NCBI GenBank assembly: GCA_002811645.1
Contig: PDIP01000026.1
Coordinates: 1 to 64,000 of the forward strand
DNA length: 64,000 bases
Source: Corallochytrium limacisporum Hawaii
Taxonomy: Eukaryota > Protista > Pluriformea
Reading direction: 5' to 3'
Shown: positions 1-9,852 of the stretch, one piece after another
Layout: each line of letters begins with the position of its first letter
Numbering within the stretch: position 1 is the first letter of the stretch
Translations under genes and position numbers: made by a program
Notes under the pieces: generated by a model
What the model was told of the DNA's origin: nothing
Databases searched by the model: none
The model's input: only the letters and a program-made list of their open reading frames with translations

Positions 1-16
1 CCCTAACCCTAACCCT
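1..16 (-). repeat. Telomeric repeat (CCCTAA)n / (TTAGGG)n, about 2.7 units, at window start
   Basis: Sequence starts ccctaaccctaaccct, the C-rich strand expected at a left chromosome end. The tract is short, so it could be trimmed or interstitial. Confidence 0.75.
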
Positions 17-3000
17 TCTCCATTTCATTCTTAGCCGTGGGCTGCAAGTACTTATGCTCATGTTCGGGTAGTTTTCCTTTTGGAGGAAGTTTGAGCTGTG
101 GCAGGGGTTTTAGATTCACAGCAGGAACATGATTTATGCTCTGTGTGACACCGTTTGAGCCTGCTCGGACAGCCGGTGTAATGAAAGAGGGGCTTGCGTA
201 GTCATTCTCGAGCTCCTGCTGGACAACCGCCTGTGCAATGAAGGAAGGTCTTGCGTAGTCATTCTCATCGTCGGAATATGAATCGTCTTCGTCCAATTGT
301 GGATTGGGAACAACAACTGGTGCACCTGCACAAGGTGTTTTTCTTTTTGGTGAAGGCGCAATTGCGTACAAAGCAAGCACATACACAGCTCCAATGATAA
401 TATAAAGTGCTACCAGACCCCAATTGGTGCCTTCACACTCTACACAGTTTCCACCCCACTCATAATACCCATCCATACAACGACCGCAGAGAAAATTGTC
501 GTGGCTCTGTTCACGACCATCGGCGCACTGACTCACGTTGGCGGACGCCATGGCTTCGGTCAGGGTCACAGATGTATCACGCTGCTGTCTAAGAGCACGT
601 CTACGATGCTCCTGCATTGATGTCACCCATGCATCATGATTGATTTCTCGGCGCCGCGAACTCGTCGATGTAAAGTCTATGTTTTGTGTCAAGACCATTG
701 CGACACCTCCAAGACAGTAGCCGGTTGGGCACTTTTCGGCAAGGACAGAACCATCTTCATTGAAATACCCCCAGTAATCAACATCAATTACGGCTAGCCC
801 TTCCACACAACTAACACCAGCGACTTCAGGACATGCAAAGCACTCTGACATTCCACCGGCAATGTTATAGAAACCAGACGGACAAGTCAGGCAGACACTG
901 AGACCTGGTGTTGGTGCATATGTACCTGATTGGCAGCGATTACATGATGTACTTGCCTCGTTCTCAGAGTACAACCCAATTGGACAATCAATACAAGATA
1001 TCGCTCCAGAGTCAGGTTGATATGTACCTGCTGAACAGGCCGTGCACATTCCGTTCACAGCAATATACCCGGGAGTACAGCTTTCACAACGGGTTTGTTC
1101 AGCATTGGCAGAAGTCCCCTCTGGACAGGCAATGCACTCTGATCCACCCTCTGATGCAGATATTTGACCAGATGGGCAAGGCAATGGGGACGACATCAAG
1201 ACTATTGGACATTGTTTGCCAGCAGGACAATCCACACACTCATCGTTAAATTCGTAGGTGCCGATTTCACACCCATCGCAGCCAATACCATCACTTCGAG
1301 ACACCTCGCCAGCCCCACATACCTGTGGCACGGACGTACCCGCGGTGGGACAGCTGTGGCCATCAGGGCAAGCTACACATTCACCATGCAATTCGTATGT
1401 ACCTGCGGAACAGGGCTCGCAATCGCTTCTGTCATCAGTCATGATCTCACCGGCGGAACACTCCTGAGGCACAGACGTTCCTGGAGATGGACAGCTATGA
1501 CCGTCGGGACAAACCACGCACTCACCACGTAACTCGTATGTACCTACCGCACAAGGCTCGCAAGCGCTTCTGTCTTCAGTCACGATATCACCTGCTGAAC
1601 ACTCCTGCGGCACAGATGTACCAGTGGTGGGACAGCTGTGGCCATCCGGACAAACAATACACTCGTCACGTAACTCGTAGGTGCCTATTGCACAAGGAAC
1701 ACAGGCGTCTTTTTCGTCATTCACAACGTCCCCTGCCGAGCATTCCTGAGGCACAGCAGTGCCCGCGGTGGGACAGCTATGACCATCCGGACAAATCTTG
1801 CACTCATCCCGTAACTCATATGTACCAGCAGGACAAGGATCACATCCATCTTTATCATCGTTCACGACATACCCTGCTGAGCATTCCTGAGGCTCAGACG
1901 TGCCAGTGGTGGGACAGCTGTGGCCAACGGGGCAAACCACACACTCATCACGTAGCTCGTATGTACCCGCAGGGCAAGCTACACAACCATCCCTGTCATC
2001 ATTTACGATGTAACCTGCCGAACATTCCTGAGGTGCAGACGTACCAGCGGTCGGACAGCTGTGGCCATCCGGACACGTTTTACACTCATCCCGTAGCTCG
2101 TACATACCAGCAGGGCAAGGATCACATCCATCTTTGCTCTCGTTTACAATATCACCTGCAGAGCACTCCTGAGGCACAGACGTGCCAGCGGTAGGACAGC
2201 TGTGACCATCCGGGCAAACTAGACACTCATCACGCAACTCATATGTACCAGCAGGGCAAGGATCACAGCCACTCTTGTCCTCGGTTACAATGTACCCGGC
2301 TGAGCACTCCTGGGGCTCAGAAGTACCCGCAGTGGGACAACTGTGACCATCAGGACAATCTACGCACTCGCCACGTAACTCGTAGGTGCCTATTGCGCAA
2401 GGGACACAGTCGCTTCTGTCCTCCGACACTATTTCGCCAGCTGAACACTCATCCGGCACCGAAGTTCCTGCGTTGGGACAGCTATAGCCATCAGGACAAT
2501 TTATACACACACCACGTACCTCGTATGTACCTATCGCGCAGGGCTCGCAGCCACTTTTGTCTTCTTTCACGACTTCGCCTGCTGAGCACTCTAGGCATTT
2601 GTTCGATCCGCGAGATGGGGTGTAGTAGTGAGTGTCACAAGCATCGCAAACCGATCTACCAATATCGGCGGTGTAGTAACCGTAGTCACAATCATTGCAT
2701 TCGCTCATTTCAGTGACGTTGCCAAACTTCCCAATAGGGCACGGAAAGCAGACGTCCATTCCAATGACGTCAGCATAAGTACCAGTGCCACAAGGGGTAC
2801 AGTCCTCCAGGCCTGGTTCGGAAGAGTATCGTCCAAGAATACAGGCGGTACATGTGCTTTGCACATTTCCAAAATCGACCATTGGCCGGGCCGCTCCCTG
2901 GCCATCCACAATTGGTCCCTGGTAGCCCGCGTCGCAAAGACGGCAGTCGGGTCCAGTGAAGCCGGTCTGGCAAACACAAGTGCCATAAATGGGGTCACCA

Positions 3001-5072
3001 GCTTGCAATCCCAGCAGTGAAATTGCGTTGTTGGCATCGTTGAGTGTCCGGGTACACACACCACGACCGAAGCATTCCGCTTGACACTCAACTGCCACGT
3101 TGTGTACGTACGAATAGTTCATGTCTGTGGTCCCATCACCAAGGATAAAATCCATGTCTCCGTCGCCGTCGATATCGATTGCCACCAGAGTTTGATACGT
3201 TGCAGTGAAGTCGTGTTGGAACCATGGTGAGGTGTACGTTACATCCGTCCAAACACCGTTTTCACTCTCGTAGAAGCGAAGGGAAATACCATCATTGTTC
3301 ATGTCTTGCACGGCGATCACGTCAAGATCATTGTCACCATCGATGTCCACGATGTAAAACTGTGGAGGCTCAGACTGTACTGAGTCAGATACATCTACGG
3401 AGGCAAACGGGTCCGTAGCATCAAGTACCCACGTATTGTACGCGCCCCCATTGTTACTGCCAGCAATGAACTTTCCCCCGTTATCTACCAAAACAATATC
3501 CTTCATGGCGTCATTATTATAGTCGACGCATCCCAGTTTCTGGTCGTCACCTGCATAGAAATCTCCGCTTGAGAATTGAATGGCGTCTGACCATCTCCAG
3601 GTTGGTGTCTCCGCATCGCCAGAATTTTCAATGCAATAGTATTTGTCGCTGACCCCCGGATCGTTGGCAACTACTAGCAGATCCTGCAACCCATCATTGT
3701 TCATGTCACACAAAGTGAGGAAAAGCTGATCTCCTCCGGCAATCACGTTCTCGTGCACATCATTCAAAATTCCAGACTGGACGGGTACGGGATTTGAGCC
3801 AGTGTCGGTCTCAATCAAAGCGTAACCTTCCTCAGAACCCTGATTCCACAGGACGCGAGGGGGATTTGTCCCCCCCTCACATATGATGACCTCTGGTATG
3901 CCGTCCCCGTTCAAGTCACCCGAAGTGGCCCAGTGGCCACGGTTAGATTGTGGTTCAATGGGCTGCCAGGTGCCTTCGACATCGTTGTCAGTTTCAAGTC
4001 CAAAGGCATGGTTGCCAGCGGAACCCAGGTTTAGCCAAATGCGAAGGTTCGCTCCCACACTACAGGAACCATCCTCACCGTTTCCAAGACCAATCATATC
4101 CAGATCACCATCGAGGTCTATATCAGCCCAAGTCAGTTTCGTGAAAGGATCCAGTGCCATGCGGTAGAAAGGTGAATGTGTCGGCTGGTGCTCGTATGTG
4201 CCATACCCATTCTCCATGTAGAACACTCTGCCTGTCGTTGAAGTGAACAGGACATCCAAATACCCGTCGTTGTTTAGGTCCACTGCGCTGGCTACCGCCT
4301 CGGAGGCATCACCTGCATAATCAAAGGCAGATGAACCTAGGTCCAACTCTATAAGCTCATGAGAACTCTGGTCAGCGAGTGCCATGTTTTCGCTATCACC
4401 CGTGTTTAGATAGACACGCATGCTGTATGGTGTGACCGAGTCACGGTCTTGTCCGACGAGAAGATCCAGGTCCCCATCCCCATCCCAATCTACCAACTCA
4501 GGGACAACCTCTGAGATACCGGTATCAGCGATACCATTGCCAACGACAGAGAAAGGATTGTCGACAGAGGCCTGACGTGTGAAGACGGGTGCGATGGCTG
4601 TGCCAGTATTCTTAAACCAGAAGATTATCTCGCGAGTGCCCGGGTCGGCAGCTGCACACCCAACCACAATGTCCATGAGTCCATCACCATCGACATCTCC
4701 TACAGTGGGCGCAGGGAAATTGCAGGTGATATCAGTGCGTATCTCACTCCCACTCAAAACTCCACTGTCAACCCATTTGCCATTGGCGTTCATGGTGTAC
4801 AGGTACATCTCATCGACACCACCCCCAGTCTTTTGGTGCGTTATGACCAAATCTGGAAACTGGTCACCGGTGAAGTCTGCGGCCGCTACCTTGGCTTTGC
4901 ATTCCCATGAGGCATCAGGAATTAGGGACGCTGGTGAATCCCTCCGATCAGTGATGTCGCGCCACTGTGGGCGCCCTGGTACTATGGTTTGACCTGTCAC
5001 GAATCCCGTTGCCATGAAAAGCATGGCAGAGGCCCGAAGACCTACCACCCGCACTTGTGGTTTTGACCTCAT
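9..5072 (-). CDS. Large single-pass surface receptor/adhesin: FG-GAP/VCBS repeats, EGF-like domain, Cys-rich (ephrin-receptor-like/TNFR-like) repeats, TM helix, Tyr-motif tail
   Basis: Many DxDGDGDxD-type Ca-binding motifs, CVCQTGFTGPDC EGF motif, CxxCxxGTY repeats, TM WGLVALYIIIGAVYVLALYAI. ATG at 5072 precedes a signal-peptide-like segment (the ORF-track start at 5264 is GTG). The stop TAG lies inside the telomere repeat. Confidence 0.85.
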   Translation of the reverse strand: MRSKPQVRVVGLRASAMLFMATGFVTGQTIVPGRPQWRDITDRRDSPASLIPDASWECKAKVAAADFTGDQFPDLVITHQKTGGGVDEMYLYTMNANGKWVDSGVLSGSEIRTDITCNFPAPTVGDVDGDGLMDIVVGCAAADPGTREIIFWFKNTGTAIAPVFTRQASVDNPFSVVGNGIADTGISEVVPELVDWDGDGDLDLLVGQDRDSVTPYSMRVYLNTGDSENMALADQSSHELIELDLGSSAFDYAGDASEAVASAVDLNNDGYLDVLFTSTTGRVFYMENGYGTYEHQPTHSPFYRMALDPFTKLTWADIDLDGDLDMIGLGNGEDGSCSVGANLRIWLNLGSAGNHAFGLETDNDVEGTWQPIEPQSNRGHWATSGDLNGDGIPEVIICEGGTNPPRVLWNQGSEEGYALIETDTGSNPVPVQSGILNDVHENVIAGGDQLFLTLCDMNNDGLQDLLVVANDPGVSDKYYCIENSGDAETPTWRWSDAIQFSSGDFYAGDDQKLGCVDYNNDAMKDIVLVDNGGKFIAGSNNGGAYNTWVLDATDPFASVDVSDSVQSEPPQFYIVDIDGDNDLDVIAVQDMNNDGISLRFYESENGVWTDVTYTSPWFQHDFTATYQTLVAIDIDGDGDMDFILGDGTTDMNYSYVHNVAVECQAECFGRGVCTRTLNDANNAISLLGLQAGDPIYGTCVCQTGFTGPDCRLCDAGYQGPIVDGQGAARPMVDFGNVQSTCTACILGRYSSEPGLEDCTPCGTGTYADVIGMDVCFPCPIGKFGNVTEMSECNDCDYGYYTADIGRSVCDACDTHYYTPSRGSNKCLECSAGEVVKEDKSGCEPCAIGTYEVRGVCINCPDGYSCPNAGTSVPDECSAGEIVSEDRSDCVPCAIGTYELRGECVDCPDGHSCPTAGTSEPQECSAGYIVTEDKSGCDPCPAGTYELRDECLVCPDGHSCPTAGTSVPQECSAGDIVNESKDGCDPCPAGMYELRDECKTCPDGHSCPTAGTSAPQECSAGYIVNDDRDGCVACPAGTYELRDECVVCPVGHSCPTTGTSEPQECSAGYVVNDDKDGCDPCPAGTYELRDECKICPDGHSCPTAGTAVPQECSAGDVVNDEKDACVPCAIGTYELRDECIVCPDGHSCPTTGTSVPQECSAGDIVTEDRSACEPCAVGTYELRGECVVCPDGHSCPSPGTSVPQECSAGEIMTDDRSDCEPCSAGTYELHGECVACPDGHSCPTAGTSVPQVCGAGEVSRSDGIGCDGCEIGTYEFNDECVDCPAGKQCPIVLMSSPLPCPSGQISASEGGSECIACPEGTSANAEQTRCESCTPGYIAVNGMCTACSAGTYQPDSGAISCIDCPIGLYSENEASTSCNRCQSGTYAPTPGLSVCLTCPSGFYNIAGGMSECFACPEVAGVSCVEGLAVIDVDYWGYFNEDGSVLAEKCPTGYCLGGVAMVLTQNIDFTSTSSRRREINHDAWVTSMQEHRRRALRQQRDTSVTLTEAMASANVSQCADGREQSHDNFLCGRCMDGYYEWGGNCVECEGTNWGLVALYIIIGAVYVLALYAIAPSPKRKTPCAGAPVVVPNPQLDEDDSYSDDENDYARPSFIAQAVVQQELENDYASPSFITPAVRAGSNGVTQSINHVPAVNLKPLPQLKLPPKGKLPEHEHKYLQPTAKNEMEKG
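1179..2588 (-). repeat. Intragenic tandem repeat, about 10 x 141 nt (47-aa Cys-rich unit)
   Basis: Unit CSAG.IV.ED...C.PC..GTYELR.EC..CPDGHSCPTAGTS.PQE occurs 10 times, with the last copy degenerate. Confidence 0.9.
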
Positions 5073-6279
5073 CTCATGAATCTGTCGGTTGAAAAGACAA
5101 ACTAGACCATGGATTTGTCTACAAGCCGGATAGGGGTAGCTTTGTTCACATCGTCGCAACCGCAAGCGACTGGATAACTTCGCTCTCTGGATGTCCTGAT
5201 GCCTTCTTTTACCCCATCCAGAGTGCCAGTATTGTCCGCCCCTTTTCCGCGGAGTGTTTGTCACAGAAGTCAGTCACTCGTGTTTTTAGGATTCAAGCGG
5301 CACTGTTTCCGTTCTTTACTTTCGTCTGTCTTCGTTATCGTTCTCTACAATATGCGCAAGGGCCGAGCTTCCAGCCATGGGCCCCATCTTTTCTTCACGT
5401 TGCGTATATTTGCTATACTTCTTTTTCGCAGCTCTTCTCCGATATACGGCCGATAGATTCAGCATGCATACTATTACTCCAAAGAATTAGGGAGATAGGA
5501 AGACATCCACCTGGTCTGTCTCTGTGGCACCAAACTTCTCAGGTTCTTTCTTACATGCGCACGTCGTCTGCAGCAGAACAGGTCTGGTGCTACCGATTGC
5601 AAATGAGAGAGAAACATTCATAACGATCAAACCGTGATAAGGACACTAGTCAGGACGATGAAGGACTATTAAAGGATACGTTTAGAATGTGTTATGCGAG
5701 GCAATTGAACTCTCAGATGCCTTGTGCAAGAGGCCCCAAACCCACTGCCGTCTCCCGGTGCGCAGGCCCCCCCCGCGGGGTGGGGGGGTGTGGGGGGGGA
5801 AGTTCAGTCCCGTCCCTAGCGACGCTGCGAATTCTAAGCAGCAACCGGACTTCGCACAGATATATACCCAAAAACACAGGCCCAACCCCACTTTCGAACA
5901 TATAGCCGGCACTAAGGCGGTATTACCTTTCAGGCGGCGAACAAGAAGTCTTAGTGATATTCCTGCTAGTGTGTGCTGCAATGTTGTGGTAGACCTGCAC
6001 CACCGGCAAAGATATGCCACATTTTGGTGTATCTCTGTACGGGAAATGGGGACATGCACTGTCCCATACTCCGACCAACAGACGCGCAGCCGGGTGCTTA
6101 CACACTTCACACAAGAAGTACTCACGCAGTCGATGTGGTGCGGCTTTGAACATGCTGCTAATGCATACAGAATAGTACCAAATCAAGAGAGTTGGCCAAC
6201 ACTGAGCCCAGCTATGCCTTGTGTCTGAGCACAACCCCACGCCTTCTGAGTTCGTAGTCGTATCCAATGGTTGCTTCCA

Positions 6280-6432
6280 ATAGTTTGGATTGTGCAAGAA
6301 AAAATTGACCATCAATCTTGCATCTCCGTATAGGCACCATGGATAGTCTCACATTCCATGTGCATCTGCAGTTTCCGTCTGAATAGTCAATCAATGTCAG
6401 ACCAAGTGCGTCCATTGGTTGGTGAAGCCATG
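6280..6432 (-). pseudogene. Decayed OTU deubiquitinase (OTUD3-like) relic
   Basis: Minus strand reads FTNQ/(1-nt frameshift)/DALGLTLIDYSDGNC, compared with recalled OTUD3 [21 protein letters not shown]. A later frame gives VNFFLHNP. Confidence 0.4.
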
Positions 6433-8119
6433 CTATTCAGATGACTCCGCAATATACAATGAGTATTTCCGTGGACTATGCATGATGCGCCAGATTTTTG
6501 TTTCCCGTTCTCCTCTGTCTTTGATTCCAACGTGGGGCGCATACCAAATAAATTCCGATTGGACAAAAGGCAGTCACTACCGAAGAACTAGAATTGGGTT
6601 TCAATCGTACTTGGCCAGTCTGCGGCTTTCCGGTAGATCCCTCCTGGTCTCCGGCATGCAGAGGGGCTCACCGAATGAAGCGAATCGGAATCTTGCCAGT
6701 GTCCCGAGGGTCGAGGACTAATCAATATCAACCACTGCGCGGTATCCGCAACCACTGACAAGAGAAGAAGACACATCAGCCCCCCCCCACGCCGCCGCAG
6801 GAGAAAATGAGGGCAAAAGGCCAAGGATAGATCAGGAAGGCTGTTTGGGCGTGTGTGTAGTAAGAAATGGGCATCCGTTGCCTTGGAAGAAAAGGCGGGA
6901 GGAGGGAGAAAATTGGTGCGTGACTAGCCAACGTAGTTATCGCCAGGTACCGGGAACCAGTGAAGAAGTATAGGCCGAGGGGAGGAACTTTGGCGTACGT
7001 TGGAAACATGATCGACGTATTTTATCACAGGAAGGGAGTACCAGGGTTGTTCATCGTTGGGCCGTGAGGACGCAGCTGCCAACTAATAGCATCCAACCCT
7101 CAAACACCGCCCTGTCTGCCTTCAACTCAAAGGAAACAGTTGATGGAAGTTTTCAAGCGCATACGTGTGATCTGGGGCCCTTCACGTTCAGTGAGTGAGG
7201 ACGATTGTCTCCATAGTATGGATATAAGATGTAGAATAGACGAAGACGCTTTCAAAATTTTAAGAGACTGTTCCTCGCATGAGGCATGGCAGGGGACCTG
7301 TTTTCTACCATGGACTCCTTTCATATTTCAACTGCCAACGCACGGGAGAGCCACTACCACCATACCACACCTACGGGAGCAAACTCTCACTTTCCTTGGC
7401 TCGAGGACGATACAACGTGTGTGATCTCACCGCCGGTGTCTTCAGCTACGAAGGCAGACGTTTTCAGCAGTGGCCAGTTGCCAATCATATTCATTTTCTC
7501 GGGACGAAAGTTCCACGAGTTTTCGGACATATGTTTGACCCTATCGACGACGGTTATCGAGGTAATCTTAGTACCACCGGTACTCCACCTCTACCTCCCT
7601 CCGCCACTGCTATGTGTACACATCATGTTTTGTGCGGCAGCGTTTGCTTCGAACCCAACCCCCCAATTACCATACCACATTTTGTCTCGGGGAGGGGACG
7701 TGAACTTTCGTAGTAGCAGTAGGAGTGGTAATTTGGCAAATTTCAATGGTTTGTGTATGACTGACTGGTTGATGGTGGTAATGGTGTAACCATCGGGAGT
7801 CCCTCCTGGTGTTCATTATAGGACCGCAAATTCAATGGAACCAGAGCATAAGAGAGGAGCGGATAGAAAAAATGGGCCACGGCCAGACTAACAAAGCACG
7901 GATTCAGTACCGCTCGACGGAGATTTCAGTCCATTAGGTATAGGAATCCATTTAGGAAACCGGGACTAGAAGTTCATGAAGACGTTTGAGCCCATGCTTT
8001 AATGGGCCCCCGGCCCCGGGGGGGGGGCGGGCTGGGCTTAACAAAACTTTTTGGGTTACTGTAAGTATATGGTCAGGCCCCTTTAAAGAACCCTTGCATA
8101 GTGGGTGTATGGCACCCGT

Positions 8120-8475
8120 CTGTCGTGCGCTTGCACTGGGTGGCCCACCCTGCCCTGACTGTGTACCTGACGGCTCACAATACGAAAATTTTCTTTTATT
8201 GACTGTAGCTGCCTACACAGCAGCATTTTCTAGTCCTTGCTTTGGCCTGCCTCGGTGGGCACCTGCCTTTTCAGGCATCTGTCTCTGGCGCTGCAAGTCT
8301 GGAGCAACGCAGAGATCGTTCATGACAAAGGGCCCCCGTTGTCTAGAGCTAATGACTTTTTCGCGATCACATCATTAACACTAACTACAGACGACATCAC
8401 TGGTGCACCTCCTAAAGGAGGGACCAGTCCTACTGCGGGGGTGGAATGCTTCATTCCTTTGGGGGTTTCGGACCC
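8120..8475 (+). pseudogene. Possible heavily decayed mitochondrial phosphate carrier (SLC25A3/PIC2-like) relic
   Basis: Collinear fragments in shifting frames: WAPAFSG..L..CKSG (cf. WAPTFxGYSxQGxCKFG), ANDFFA (cf. SAEFFADI), LLKEG and IPL/LWGFR (cf. KEEG...PLWGRQIP). Confidence 0.3.
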
Positions 8476-9852
8476 GACCAACCCCCCAAACGCAGACATA
8501 TGGAATGTGTTGGGAATCCCCGCGCAGAAAAGGGAAACCATATAAACCAGCCCGTACGCGTAAATCACTCTGTGTTCCATACCGTAAACTCTGCGGTTCC
8601 ATTGCTTGGTTGCGGGCGATGAAAACCGAGCAGTGTCCCACTTGCGAATGCGTCTGCCTGCGCTCTAAGATTTCAGTAAACCTGCTCCTTTTGGCAGACA
8701 AGGGGGAAAATCTATGAAACGTACACAAAGGAGGGAAGCGACGGACGGGGATAAGGGAGGGGGGAGGGGGAGGGAGATTTTTGTTCTCAGATGTCGGTAG
8801 TTGCTTCGCTATCTTTCTGCTAAGTTTTGCACTGGAAGTTCGAGATGAAAGGTGTTGAGAAAACTTCAGAGATTATGTTTCTGCACAGTGTGATTTGTCG
8901 TCTCATGTGTGTTGAGATTGTATCTCGAAGGAATAGTCGTAACGGTTGTGTTACCCCGTGCTCAAGAAATGGATAGAAGGCGGTAGTGTCAGAAATCTGC
9001 AAGACATACGATCGGCACCGGTCGAGACACATGCGCTGGGCGGCAATCAGGCAGGGAAAGGACAAAGGAAAGCGACTGGTCATTGGCGCAGGTACTGTCG
9101 GTGGCGCCGCACCTTCACGAAAGTAGATCAGCAGAGGGAGGTCATAGACCTAACCTAACCTAAGTGGCCGGACGCAATTGCTGTCACGATCGCAGTGTTC
9201 CACCCCCGCACTGGGCCCGTCGTGGTGGCGCCCTCCTTCACCAGGGGACCAAAACTGATGAGGGATCGGGGGCGAGACGAAAAGAAACACTAGCTTAGGC
9301 ACAGCGCAAGGGCATTTTTTCTAAAACCCGTGAGCTCCGCCCGCTCAACCAGAAATTGCCACCGCTCGTGAACAAATTTTTCCTAGTGTATCGTTTCGTT
9401 TACTGATGAGTTTTCCCTCCCAACTTAGAATGCGCAGATGAACGGGAGAGCATTTACAACGAAAAGTAAACAAATACATTCTATACTGAATTTGGAAAGT
9501 TTGGCTGGGATACTACCAAACTTACCACCGAAAGGGGCCTGACCACGGCCGGGATTAGGGTTCGGCCCGGGGGCTGCACCGTTAGGTGCACGGACGTTCC
9601 AACTGTACGTAGTGAGGCTGCAGGAGTTTTCTGAATTTGACGTTGGAACAGACTGTTCCTGGGCGGGAAGCTTGCTTTTCTTCTGAGCTGCCGTGGTAAG
9701 CTCCTAAAGAAATAACGGCTTTGTCCAATCCATGGGCTTCCTGACAATTTGTCAACAGCGAGACTTAAAGAACATAGCTGACATAACGAGAACAATACAT
9801 GAATTGAGGACCATGAATCGATAGCTGAGGACCATATTGCTAGCGTAAAGAA

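Noticed and set aside
908-2716. Repetitive plus-strand ORFs and a CRISPR-like periodicity
   Set aside because: Reverse reading of the 141-nt coding repeat; no unique spacers and a eukaryotic context.
8237-8545. GTCLFRHLSLAL resembling the OTU motif GNCLFRALS
   Set aside because: Single short match; the overlapping frame fits the phosphate-carrier relic better.
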